Origin: an uncultured Candidatus Rokubacteria bacterium
GTDB taxonomy: Bacteria; Methylomirabilota; Methylomirabilia; Rokubacteriales; CSP1-6
Length of the DNA stretch: 64,000 nucleotides
Direction of reading: 5' to 3'
Assembly: GCA_963758635.1 (NCBI GenBank)
Contig: CAVWWD010000004.1
Coordinates: 288,001-352,000, forward strand
This document shows, one piece after another, positions 10,715 through 22,543 of the stretch. A program made the translations under genes and the position numbers. The notes under the pieces were generated by a model, which was not told the origin of the DNA, ran no database searches, and was given only the letters and a program-made list of their open reading frames with translations. The stretch's first letter is position 1. Each line of letters starts with the position of its first letter.

Positions 10715-11490
10715 ACGCCTGCGAGGAGACGCGGCTGCGCCTGCTCGACTACCGGCGCGGGCGGCTTCAGCCGCCGGCAGACGAGACCGTGCGGGCCCAC
10801 CTGGACCGCTGCGAGGACTGCGCGCGGGAGGACGCGGCGGAGCAGGCGCTCACCGAGGTGCTGGAGCGGCGCCTGCCCCAGCACCCGGCGCCCATCTGGC
10901 TCAAGCGGCGTCTCGCCGCCGCGCATCCGGCGCCTTCGCCGGTGCGCGTCAGGCGCCGGCTCCGGCACGCGCTCGCCACCGCGGGCCTCGTGGCCGCCGT
11001 CGCCGTGGCCGTCGTGATCGTGCGGCCCGTGGCGCCCCCAGTGGTCGACGGCGGTGCGATCGCGCGCGAGGCCGTCAACGACCACCTGCGGATCCTCGAG
11101 CCCGGGCGGGCCCTGGAGGTCGCGAGCGACGACGTCCACCGCGTGCGCCCCTGGTTCGCGGGGCGGCTGGACTTCGCGCCGATCGTGACCTTCGGCGGCG
11201 ACGGGGAGTTCCCGCTGCGCGGGGGAGCCGTCGAGCGCTTCCTGGACCGGCGCGCGGCCGTCTTCGTGTACGGGCGGCGCCTGCACACCGTCTCGCTGAT
11301 CGTCTTCCGCGCGGACGGACTGCCCGGCTGGAACGGCGCCGTGTCGCCGCCGACGCTGCTCACCGTCCGGGGGTTCAACGTGATCCAGTGGCGTGCCGGC
11401 GACCTCGGCTACGCGCTCGTGTCGGACCTCAATGCAGATGAGCTGCGGACACTTGCCCGCCGCCTGGAGGCGCCGGCATCCCGGTCGTGA
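10711..11490 (+). CDS. Zinc-finger (ZAS) transmembrane anti-sigma factor
   Basis: HLDRCEDC (HxxxCxxC), one TM helix, RPWFAGRLDF and GYALVSDL; ATGA overlap with the sigma gene. Confidence 0.88.
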   Translation: MNACEETRLRLLDYRRGRLQPPADETVRAHLDRCEDCAREDAAEQALTEVLERRLPQHPAPIWLKRRLAAAHPAPSPVRVRRRLRHALATAGLVAAVAVAVVIVRPVAPPVVDGGAIAREAVNDHLRILEPGRALEVASDDVHRVRPWFAGRLDFAPIVTFGGDGEFPLRGGAVERFLDRRAAVFVYGRRLHTVSLIVFRADGLPGWNGAVSPPTLLTVRGFNVIQWRAGDLGYALVSDLNADELRTLARRLEAPASRS

Positions 11491-11525
11491 CGCGAGACTG
11501 ACGGTCTCCGGCGGGGGCAGACGTC

Positions 11526-11578
11526 CGATGAGGCCGAGCCGAGGGGCGTGGACTTCCCGCTGCCCGAGGGGCCCGAGA
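11526..11578 (-). pseudogene. Second, degenerate ABC ATPase Walker A fragment
   Basis: Aligns to 7621-7668 with a 5-nt insertion; reads SGPSGSGKST..LGLI. Confidence 0.65.
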
Positions 11579-11817
11579 GGAGGCAGGGTGGGTTGCCCGG
11601 TCGACCTGGGTTTCCGGAGATCGATCGTGCTGCCAGCCTCGCTTGCGCGTCCGGATCACCGCGAAGGGCTGTCGCTCCCGGGATGGTCGGGCAGCAGGGC
11701 GGGCCTCGTCAAGGGCCGCGACCGCGACTGCCGGGCGCCCGGGCCGGAGTGGAGCCCACTGGAGATGCGGGCCCGCACTGTGCGCTTCGCCTGCACAAGT
11801 GGACGGTCTGCGGCAAC

Positions 11818-11949
11818 TGGCTCGGTGAGCGCCTGGATCTGGGCTACGCGTTGGCCGTGCTCCACCCGCTGGCCCAACGCCCCGACCGAGCGGGATAGCC
11901 CGCGCGTTCCCGCGGGAACGTCCGAGGCCCGCTGGACAGGGCGGACTAC
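11818..11949 (+). repeat. Direct repeat, copy 2 (partner at 7489-7609)
   Basis: Same peptide-coding stretch; identical palindrome at 11905-11920. Confidence 0.85.
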
Positions 11950-11957
11950 ACTGGTGC

Positions 11958-12583
11958 ATGCGGCATCTTCGAGTCCTTTGTGTGATCCTCCTGGCTCTGC
12001 TCCCGGCCGTTCCGGGAGTCGTCACTGCCCGCGAGCGCGTCGTGGTCGCGTTCGGGGACAGCCTCACGGCCGGGCACGGGCTGGCGGCGGGCGAGGCCTA
12101 TCCGGCGCTGCTCGCGGCGCGGCTGGCCGCGGGCGGGTACGGCTACCGGGTGGTGAACGCCGGCGTGTCCGGCGATACCACGGCGGGTGGGCTCCGGCGG
12201 GTGGACTGGGCGCTCAAGCTCCAGCCCGAGGTCGTCATCGTCGCCCTCGGGGCCAACGACGGGCTTCGGGGGCTCGATCCTGGCCGCGGTGCGCGGCAAC
12301 CTCGATCGCATCGTGGAGCGCTTCCAGGCCGCCGGCGCGAAGGTGCTGCTGGCCGGCATGCGCCTGCCGCCGAACTACGGTCAGCCCTACGCGGACGACT
12401 TCGAGCGCGTCTTCCGCTCCGTGGCGCAGCGCCGCGGGGTGCCGCTGATGCCGTTCCTCCTCGACGGGGTCGGCGGCGCAGGCGCGCCTGAACCAGGCCG
12501 ACGGCATCCATCCCACGGCGCAGGGCCAGCGGATCATGGCCGAGCGCCTCTGGCCCTACCTGGTGCCGCTGCTGGCGAAGTAG
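11958..12583 (+). CDS. GDSL/SGNH arylesterase (TesA-like; frameshifted)
   Basis: FGDSLTAG, VNAGVSGDTT, LGANDGLRG, PPNYG, QADGIHPT; stop at 12581-12583. Confidence 0.88.
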
Positions 12584-12697
12584 GCGCCCGCCATATGGCG
12601 AAGACGAGGCGGCCGGGGTGGTTGCCCGAACCCCGCGTCCCGCCGTACCATGGGCCCGTCCGTTCGATCCCGACCACCAACCGCCCAAAGGGGACGC

Positions 12698-15600
12698 ATG
12701 GCCACGCGCACCGGTGAGTTCTCCCTCGATTCCAAGTACGTGCAGGAAGAGGGGCACATCTACCTGTCGGGCATCCAGGCCCTGGTGCGCCTGCCGATCG
12801 ACCAGCATCTCGCCGACCGCCGGCAGGGGCTGCGCACGGCCACGTTCATCTCCGGCTATCGCGGCTCGCCGCTGGGCGGGTTCGACCAGACCCTCGAGCG
12901 GCAGGCGAAGCTCCTCAGCCAGCACGACATCGTGTTCTCCTCCGGCCTCAACGAGGACCTGGGCGCCACGGCCGTGTTCGGCAGCCAGATGGTGAACTCG
13001 TTCCCGCGGCCGAAGTACGACGGCGTCCTCGGCATGTGGTACGGCAAGGCGCCCGGCGTGGACCGCACCGGCGACGTGTTCAAGCACGCCAACTACGCGG
13101 GGGTGGGGCGAAACGGCGGCGTGCTCGCGCTGGCCGGCGACGACCCCATCTCCAAGTCCTCCACGCTCCCCAGCCACTCCGAGGTCGCGCTCTACGACGC
13201 GCTGATGCCCACGATCTTCCCGGGCAACGTGCAGGACATCCTCGACCTGGGCCGCCACGGGTTCGCCATGTCGCGCGCGTCGGGCCTGTGGGTGGGCGTG
13301 AAGATCGTCACCAACGTGGCCGACGAGACGGCGACGGCCGAGGTCTCGCCGTCGCGGATCGTGCCCGTCGTGCCCGTCGTCGAGTACGAGGGCAAGCCCT
13401 TCGCGCACCAGATCAACCTGAACCTGATCCCGCCGTACGGCCTCGAGATGGAGCGCACGCTGCACCTGGCCCGCCTGGAGATGGCGCGGCGCTACGCGTG
13501 GGAGAACCGGCTGAACCGCATCACCGTGCCCACGCCGGGGGCGTGGCTCGGCATCCTCACCAGCGGCAAGACGTACTACGACGTGCGCCAGGCGCTCCAC
13601 GAGCTGGGCCTCGACGACGCCGCGCTCCGCCGCTACGGGATCCGCCTCCTCAAGATGGGCATGCTGTTCCCGATGGAGCCGCGGATCGTGCGCGAGTTCG
13701 CCCAGGGCCTGGAGGAGATCCTCGTCATCGAGGAGAAGCGCGCGTTCCTCGAGATGTTCGCCAAGGACATCCTGTACGGGGCGCCCGAGCGGCCGCGCAT
13801 CGTCGGCAAGCAGGACGAGGAGGAGCGCCTGCTCGTGCCCGCGGTGGGCGAGCTGGACTCCGACCTGGCCGCGCGCGTGATCGCCCGGCGGCTCGCGCCG
13901 CAAGGTCCGCGTCGAGTCGGCGGAGGCGCGCATCCAGCACCTGGACGAGCTCAAGCGCCGGCCGCGCACGCTCCAGCTCGCGCGCACCGCGTACTTCTGC
14001 TCGGGATGCCCGCACAACCGCTCCACCGTCGTGCCGGACGGCGCGGTGGCCGCCGCCGGCATCGGCTGCCACGGCATGGCCATGGGCATGAACCGCGGCA
14101 TCATCGGCGTCACGCACATGGGCGGCGAGGGCGCGCAGTGGGTCGGGGTCTCGCCGTTCACGGAGACGCCGCACCTCTTCCAGAACATCGGCGACGGCAC
14201 GCTCTTCCACTCCGGCAAGCTCGCGGTGAGCTACGCCATCGCCTCGGGCGTGAACATCACGTACAAGATCCTCTACAACGGCGCGGTGGCCATGACGGGC
14301 GGCCAGGACGCCGCCGGCGCCATCCCCATCCCCGACCTCACGCGCTGGCTGGAGGCCGAGGGCGTCAAGCGGATCATCATCACCACCGACCATCCCGAGA
14401 CGTACAAGGGCGTCGGCGTGGCCCGAGACCACCGAGGTGTGGCACCGCGACCGCCTCCTCGAGGCGCAGTCGGTGCTCGCGGCCACGTCGGGCGTCACCG
14501 CGCTGATCCACGACCAGCAGTGCGCGGCGGAGAAGCGGCGGCTCCGCAAGCGCGGGCGGCTCGTCGACCCGACCACGCGCGTGTTCATCAACGAGCGCGT
14601 GTGCGAGGGCTGCGGCGACTGCGGCAAGAAGTCCAACTGCCTGTCCGTGCAGCCGGTGGAGACGGAGTTCGGGCGGAAGACGCAGATCCACCAGTCCTCG
14701 TGCAACAAGGACTACTCGTGCCTCCTCGGCGACTGCCCGTCCTTCCTCACCGTGGAGCCGGTGGGCCCGCCGCAGAAGAAGGAGCGCCGGCTGCCCCCGC
14801 TCGAGGCCGAGATGCCCGAGCCCGTCCTCAAGGTCCCGACCGACGGCTTCGCGCTGCACATGATGGGGATCGGCGGCACCGGCGTCGTCACCGTCAACCA
14901 GATCCTGGGCACGGCCGCGCTCCTGGACGGCAAGCACGTGCGCGGCCTCGACCAGACCGGGCTCAGCCAGAAGGGCGGGCCGGTGGTCTCCGACCTGCGC
15001 ATCGCGACCGAGCCCATCGAGCGCGCCAACAAGGTGTCGGCGGGTGGCGCCGACCTGTACCTGGGCTTCGACCTCCTCGTGGCCGTCGATCCGGTGAACC
15101 TCGACAAGGCCGAGCCGGGCCGGACCATCGCGGTGGTCTCGACCAGCCACATCCCCACCGGGCAGATGGTGGTGGACACGACCGTGCACTTTCCCGAGCT
15201 CGCCAGCACGCTCATCGGCGTGGACCGCGTGAGCCGGAAGGACGACAACGTCTACCTGGACGCGCTCGCCCTCGTCGGAAGGGCTCTTCAACGACCACAT
15301 GGCCACCAACCCGCTCATGATCGGCGCCGCCTACCAGGCGGGCGCGCTGCCCATCTCCGCGGGCGCCATCGAGCAGGCGATCCGGCTCAACGGCGTGGCG
15401 GTCGAGATGAACCTGCTCGCGTTCCGCTGGGGGCGCATGGCCGTCGTGGACGCCTCGCGCGTCGAGGCGGCGGTGCGCACGGCGACGGGGCGGGTGGAGA
15501 CGCCGCGCGTGCTCTCCGCGGAGGCGCGGGCCCTGGTGGACTCGGTGGGCGCGCAAGGCGAGCTGGCCCGGCTCCTCGAGGTGCGCGTGCCCGAGCTGAT

Positions 15601-16178
15601 CGCCTACCAGGACGCGGCGTACGCGCGCGCCTACGTGGACTTCGTGCGCCGCGTGGCGCGAGGTGGAACGGCAGCGCACGCCGGGACGCACCGGCCTCGC
15701 CGAGGCGGTGGCGCGCGCGCTCCACAAGCTCATGGCCTACAAGGACGAGTACGAGGTGGCGCGCCTGCACCTGGACCCGGAGGTCCAGGCGGACATCGCG
15801 GCGCAGTTCGGGCCGTCGGTGCGCGTGCAGTGGAACCTGCATCCGCCGCTGCTCCGCGCCCTCGGCCTCACGCGGAAGATCAAGCTCGGGAGCTGGTTCA
15901 CCCCGGCCTTCCGGCTGCTGCGGGCGATGAAGGGCCTGCGCGGCAGCGCGCTCGATCCCTTCGGCCGGGCCGAGGTGCGGCGCGTGGAGCGGGCCCTGCC
16001 CGGCGAGTATCGCGCCATGGTCGAGACGGCGCTGGCGCGCCTTTCGCCCGAGACCCACGACCTCGCGGTGAAGCTCGGCGAGCTGCCCGACGAAGTGCGC
16101 GGCTACGAGGACATCAAGCTCGAGAACGTGAAGCGGTTCCGGGAGACGGCGCGCCATCTCCTCGCGCAGCTCGGCTGA
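12698..16178 (+). CDS. Fused indolepyruvate:ferredoxin oxidoreductase family protein (about 4 frameshifts)
   Basis: SGYRGSPLGG, WYGKAPGVDR, YFCSGCPHN, GDGTLFHSG, VCEGCGDC..KSNC, GIGGTG, KLMAYKDEYEVARL. Confidence 0.9.
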
Positions 16179-16743
16179 TCAGTCTCCCGGCCGCTGCTGC
16201 TCGAGCGCGTCGACGCGAGTGCGCAGCGTCGCGACCTCGCCGGTGAGCAGATCGAGGCGTCGCTCGATCCCGCCCTCGCGAACGCCATGATCGCGCAGGC
16301 TCAGCTCAATGCGAGCGAGCTGGGCCGACATCACCAGGTATTCCTGGCGCAGGCGCTCGTAGTTTGCCGCGAGCCCGTCCATCTGAGACGTGACCCGATC
16401 GAAGCCGGCCTCCATCCGCTCGCGAAGCGTCTCGAGCTCGCCGCGAACTTCCCGCGCAAACAGGGTCAGGCGCACCCCGAGTCCGTCGAGCCGCTCGTCG
16501 TGGCGAGCGAGGTGGGCGCCCATGACTGGCAAACTGCTCGTCGTGGCGAGCGAGGTGAGCGTGCATGGCGGCGAACTGCTCGTCGTGGCGAGGTGGGCGT
16601 GGAGGCGGCGAACTGCTCGTCGTGGCGGGTGAGGTGGGCGTGGACGCGGCGAACTGCTCGTCGTGCCGGGTGAGGTGGGCGTGGACGGCGGCGAACTGCT
16701 CCGTGATGAGCTGGCGGAGGTCCTGGATCTCGTCGCTGGTCAT
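16179..16743 (-). CDS. Hypothetical coiled-coil protein with a His-rich 14-aa tandem repeat (indels within the repeat)
   Basis: MTSDEIQDLRQLITEQFAA, then about 5 HAHL(A/T)RHDEQFAA units, then a heptad-rich C-terminus. Confidence 0.65.
16495..16701 (-). repeat. Coding tandem repeat, about 5 units of about 42 bp
   Basis: AACTGCTC recurs at about 16532, 16574, 16611, 16652 and 16694. Confidence 0.85.
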
Positions 16744-16910
16744 CGCCCGGGGCCTTCCTCGCCGCCCAGCTTGGGCCCGGGGCTCCGGGTCCGTCAAGCG
16801 TGTCCGAAAGGATACGCCGCCGTCACCGCTCCGGACTCGGTGACCATGCCTCGCGGGCGAGCGGGCACGCCAGTTGCGGACGCGCGGCTCCGGACGCCAT
16901 AATCGCGCGC

Positions 16911-18626
16911 ATGTGGGCGCGCGAGCGGGCTCGACTGGCCGCGGTGGCGCGCGGCCAGTCCACCGCCGATCGGTACGTCCAGGGCGGCACGCTCCTCAAC
17001 GTCTACACGGGGGAGCTGTATCCGGCGAACGTCGCCATCGTGGGCGAGCGCATCGCCTACGTGGGCGCGCGCGACGACATGGTCGGCCGCCGCACCGAGG
17101 TGATCGCTGCCGCCGGCGCCACCCTCGTCCCGGGGTACATCGAGCCCCACGCGCACCCGTGGAACCTCGCCACGCCGTCCGGGCTCGCCCGCCACGTCCT
17201 GCCGCTCGGCACGACCGCGATCGTCGCCGACAACCTGCCGCTCTACTGGAACGGCGGGCTCCGCGGCTTCGAGACCGCGGTGGAGGCGCTGGCGCGCGGG
17301 CCGCTCAAGTTCTACTGGATGGTGCGGCCGCACGGACAGTCGCGCGGCGAGGACGAGGGGCGCCGCTTCCCGCTGAGCGCCATCGCGCGCATGCTCGACA
17401 ACCCGTGGTCGGCGGCGATGGGCGAGATCACCCGCTGGCCCGAGGTGCTCGCGGGGCGGCCGGAGCTGCTCGAGCGGCTCGCGCTGGCCGCGGCGCGGGG
17501 CAAGCGCATCGAGGGCCACACCGCGGGGGCGAGCGCCGAGCGCGTGGCCGGGCTGGCCGCGGCGGGCATCTCGTCGGACCACGAGCCGATCACGGCGCAG
17601 GAAGCGCTCGACCGGGCGCGGCAGGGCATCGCGCTCATGCTCCGCCAGTCCTCGCTGCGCCCGGACCTGCGCGCGCTGCTCGTGCCGTTCGTGAAGTCGG
17701 GCTCGCTCGGCCGGCTCATGCTCACCGCCGACGGGAGCACGCCCGACTTCATCGTCGAGCACGGCTTCGTGGACGGCCTGGTGCGCGTCGCCCTCGAGGA
17801 GGGCGTGCCCGCCCTCGAGGCCTACCGGATGGTCACGCTGAACCCCGCCACGTACTACGGCAAGGACGCCGACCTGGGCGGCATCGCGCCCGGGCGCTAC
17901 GCGGACGTTCTGCTCCTGGACGACCTCGCCGAGCCGCGCCCGCGCACGGTGATCGCGCGGGGGCGGGTGGTGGCGCGCGACGGGCGGCTCACCGCGCGGG
18001 TGCCGGAGCCGCCGTGGGCGAGGATCTTCACGCCGGCGGGGACGCGCTTCGACCGCGCGTGGCGCGTGAGCGCCGAGGACTTCGCGCTCCCCGGCACGAC
18101 CCTGCCGGTGATGCGCCTGGTGAGCACGGTCATCACCACGCTCGAGGAGCGGCCGCTGGCCCGCGGCGATCTCCACGCCGCCCTCGTCGACCGGCGCGGC
18201 GGCTGGATCACGACCGGAGCCGTCGCCGGCTTCGCGCCCGATCTCGACGGGCTCGCCACCACGCAGTCCACCGACTTCCAGATCCTGGCCCTCGGCCGGA
18301 GCCCGGCGGCGATGGCGCGCGCGGTGAACCGGGTGCGGGAGCTCAAGGGCGGGGTGGTGCTCACCGAGGAGGACCGCATCATCTACGAGCTGCCGCTGCC
18401 CGTGGGCGGCTTCATGTCCACGCGGTCCTTGCCCGACCTCGCCCTCGCCGAGCGCCAGCTCACGGCGCACCTCCGCGCCCGCGGATACACGTTCCACGAT
18501 CCGCTCTACACGCTGCTGTTCGCCACCGCGGACTTCCTGCCGTCGGTGCGCCTCACCGCGCGGGGCATCTGGGACGTGAAGCGCGGGCGCGTGCTCCGCC
18601 CGAGCCGTCCGCTCCGCGCGCGCTGA
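16911..18626 (+). CDS. Adenine deaminase-like amidohydrolase
   Basis: PGYIEPHAH, IEGHT, SSDHE, LTADG, TLNPATYYG..GGIAPGRYAD, LPLPVGGFMS. Confidence 0.85.
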   Translation: MWARERARLAAVARGQSTADRYVQGGTLLNVYTGELYPANVAIVGERIAYVGARDDMVGRRTEVIAAAGATLVPGYIEPHAHPWNLATPSGLARHVLPLGTTAIVADNLPLYWNGGLRGFETAVEALARGPLKFYWMVRPHGQSRGEDEGRRFPLSAIARMLDNPWSAAMGEITRWPEVLAGRPELLERLALAAARGKRIEGHTAGASAERVAGLAAAGISSDHEPITAQEALDRARQGIALMLRQSSLRPDLRALLVPFVKSGSLGRLMLTADGSTPDFIVEHGFVDGLVRVALEEGVPALEAYRMVTLNPATYYGKDADLGGIAPGRYADVLLLDDLAEPRPRTVIARGRVVARDGRLTARVPEPPWARIFTPAGTRFDRAWRVSAEDFALPGTTLPVMRLVSTVITTLEERPLARGDLHAALVDRRGGWITTGAVAGFAPDLDGLATTQSTDFQILALGRSPAAMARAVNRVRELKGGVVLTEEDRIIYELPLPVGGFMSTRSLPDLALAERQLTAHLRARGYTFHDPLYTLLFATADFLPSVRLTARGIWDVKRGRVLRPSRPLRAR

Positions 18627-18640
18627 AAGGAGACCGCTCA

Positions 18641-20056
<1,416 letters not shown>

Positions 20057-20057
20057 C

Positions 20058-20132
20058 GATCCTCACAGAATACGGTAGCTGCCACGGGCCTCTACAACCC
20101 ACCGCTCGGCATTAGTCTGATGCGCGGGGCTC
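20058..20132 (+). mobile_element. ~75-bp MITE-like element, copy A, flanked by GACTGACG direct repeats
   Basis: About 6 differences over 72 nt from the reverse complement of 40552-40623; GACTGACG at 20051-20058 and 20133-20140. Confidence 0.7.
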
Positions 20133-20216
20133 GACTGACGCCCGCGACGTATCCGTTCGGACGCGTCTCCGCCCGGAGACGTTGACGCGCGCGCGCCCGC
20201 GCCCCACCCTCGTCGC

Positions 20217-20762
20217 ATGACGCGGGCGGCGCGGGGACAGGCGGGCTTCTCGCTGGTCGAGCTGCTCCTCGCCCTCGCCGTGCTCGGCCTCGCCATGGCC
20301 GGCGCGCTCGCGCTGCTCGGCGCGGGTCTGTCCAGCTATGCGCTCGGCGCCGCGCGCGTGGAGGCGCAGCAGTCCACGCGCCTGGCCCTCGAGCGCATGA
20401 CGAAGGAGCTGCGCGACGCCGGCTACGATCCGCGCGGCGCGGGCTTTCCCGCCATCGTCGAGGCCGAGCCCACGCGCGTGGCGTTCCAGCGCGACCTGGA
20501 CGGCGACGGCGCCATCGATCCGACGCGCGAGCGTGTCACCTTCCTCCTGCGCGGCGCCGTGCTCCGGCGCGACGCCGGCGCGGGCGCGCAGCCCATCATC
20601 GAGGGCGTGCGCCGCCTCGAGCTCCACTACCTCGACGCCCACGACCGTCCCACCACGGATCCCGCGAGCGTGCGCGCGATCCGCATCCGGCTCGAGGCCG
20701 GCCTCGCCGGCCCCGGCGCGCTCATGGAGACGCAGGTCTCCCTCCGCAACTACGTGTGGTAG
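20217..20762 (+). CDS. Prepilin-type N-methylation domain protein (PilW-like minor pilin)
   Basis: QAG|FSLVELLLALAV cleavage motif; R.ALERMTKELRDAG. Confidence 0.85.
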   Translation: MTRAARGQAGFSLVELLLALAVLGLAMAGALALLGAGLSSYALGAARVEAQQSTRLALERMTKELRDAGYDPRGAGFPAIVEAEPTRVAFQRDLDGDGAIDPTRERVTFLLRGAVLRRDAGAGAQPIIEGVRRLELHYLDAHDRPTTDPASVRAIRIRLEAGLAGPGALMETQVSLRNYVW

Positions 20763-20847
20763 TGCGAGGGAGCCGAAGGCGAGCCGAGCGGATATGGAAG
20801 TGCCGTGGAACCAACCTGCGACCGCCGACCGCCGTGGAACCAACCTG
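20763..20847 (+). repeat. Dispersed repeat (partner inside ftsI at 24781-24879) with an internal 17-bp direct repeat
   Basis: GAGCCGAAGGCGAGSCGAGCGKATATGGAARTGCMGTGGAAMCRACC is shared; GCCGTGGAACCAACCTG at 20802 and 20831. Confidence 0.75.
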
Positions 20848-21076
20848 GTCCGCTGGCTTCCCGAGGCCCTCTCGCACTACCGTCCCGCCCCGCGCTGACC
20901 CGACCGACCCCCAGGGGGTATCGGGCCTCTGCCCCGGGACCCCCGGGGGGTATGGGGCGACCTCCCAGGGGGTATCCCGGACCCCCTCCCGCAAGCGGCG
21001 GTAGCCAGGCGGTTGACCTCTACCAGCGGTTGACGGCTCGAGCCCCAAATTCCTCTTACAATTCCAAGATTTTTGC

Positions 21077-21160
21077 TTGACACCCCTCCACGCAACTACT
21101 ACGATGCCCCCTCAAGTGGGAGAAATTCCCATGAAGTGGAGCAAAGGGGCATGGAGGGGG
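21077..21160 (+). promoter_or_regulatory. dcw/mraZ sigma70 promoter and MraZ-box-like repeats
   Basis: TTGACA(21077)-17 nt-TACGAT(21100); GTGG/GGGG at 21116, 21136, 21146 and 21156 (10-bp phase). Confidence 0.75.
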
Positions 21161-21185
21161 AGAGTCGCCCCCCTCGGGGGACAAA

Positions 21186-21626
21186 GTGTTTCGCGGACAT
21201 TTCCGGCACACGATCGACCCGAAGGGGCGGCTCAGCATCCCGGCGAAGTTCCGGGAGGTGCTCGCCGACGGCTTCGGCGAACGGCTGGTGATCGCCCCGA
21301 GCGACCGAGCGCTCGACGTGTACCCGCTCAAGATCTGGGAGGAGCTGGAGCAGCGCATCGCGACCCTGCCCAAGCTCGACCGCGACGCGCGCCAGTACCG
21401 CTACGCATACCTCTCGCGCGGGCTCGACGTGACTCTCGATCCGCAGGGCCGCATCCAGATCTCGCCCGACTACCGCGAGTCGAACGGTCTCGTGAAGGAC
21501 GTGCTCGTCATCGGCATGACAGATCACTTCGAGGTGTGGGACGTGGAGCGCTGGGCGCACTTCCAGCGCGACGACGGCGGCGGGCTCGACGATGTGCGCG
21601 AGCGGCTCGCCGCCAAGGGCGTGTGA
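21186..21626 (+). CDS. mraZ: Division/cell wall cluster transcriptional repressor MraZ
   Basis: Two DxxGR motifs (IDPKGRLSIP, LDPQGRIQI); first gene of the dcw cluster. Confidence 0.95.
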   Translation: MFRGHFRHTIDPKGRLSIPAKFREVLADGFGERLVIAPSDRALDVYPLKIWEELEQRIATLPKLDRDARQYRYAYLSRGLDVTLDPQGRIQISPDYRESNGLVKDVLVIGMTDHFEVWDVERWAHFQRDDGGGLDDVRERLAAKGV

Positions 21627-21633
21627 GGCGCGG

Positions 21634-22543
21634 GTGGACGATGCGGAGCGGATCGCGCACATCCCCGTGCTGGCGGAGGAAGTGAGCTTCTTGCTGCGCC
21701 CCCGCCGCGGGGGCTGGGTGGTGGACGGGACGATCGGCATGGGCGGACACGCGGAGCGGTTGCTCGAGCGCGCGGATCCCGCCGTCCGGCTCCTCGGGGT
21801 GGATGGGGACCCCGAGGCGCTCGGACGGGCGGGCCGCCGCCTCGCGCGCTTCAGCGATCGCGTCGTGCTCCGGCATGGGAGCTTCCGCGACCTCGCGGCC
21901 CACGCCGCCGCCGCCGGGGTGGGGGAGGCGGAGGCCGTGCTGCTCGACCTGGGCCTGTCCTCGTATCAGCTCGACGAGTCCGGCCGGGGCTTCTCCTTCT
22001 CCGGCGACGAGCCGCTCGACATGCGGTTCGACCCCAGTCGGGGGCGGACGGCGGCCGACCTGCTCGGATCCCTCACGCGCGACGAGCTGCACGCGCGTGC
22101 TCGCCGAGTACGGCGAGGAGCGGCATGCCCGCCGGATCGCCGCACGCCTCGTCGAGGCGCGCGACCGGGCGCCGCTCTCCACCACCGGGGAGCTGGTCGA
22201 CGTGGTCAAGCGGGCGGTGCCGCGGGCGGCCTGGCCGCCGCGGACGCACGTGGCCACGCGGACGTTCCAGGCCTTGCGCATGGCCGTCAACGACGAGCTG
22301 CCGAGCCTCGCCGAGGTCCTGCCGCAGGCGGAGGAGCTCCTCGCCGCCGGGGGCCGGCTCGGCGTCATCTCCTTCCATTCGGGCGAGGACCGCATCGTGA
22401 AGCAGGCCTTCCGGGCGGCGCCGCGTGAGCGCTACGCCGCCCTGGAGCCGGCTCCGATCCAGCCCACCCGCGACGAGATCGATCACAATCCGCGGGCCCG
22501 GAGCGCCAAGCTCCGCGTCCTCGAGCGTCTGGAGGCGTCATGA
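21634..22543 (+). CDS. rsmH: 16S rRNA m4C1402 methyltransferase (frameshift near 22090)
   Basis: HIPVL, DGTIGMGGH, DLGLSSYQLD, PLDMRFD, ISFHSGEDRIVK, NPRARSAKLR. Confidence 0.93.

Noticed and set aside
16495..16701. CRISPR-like array
   Set aside because: Units are contiguous coding repeats with no unique spacers, and no cas genes are present.
20802..20847. Mini-CRISPR from GTGGAAC/GGAAAC units
   Set aside because: Only two 17-bp units with a 12-nt gap; too short for a repeat-spacer structure.
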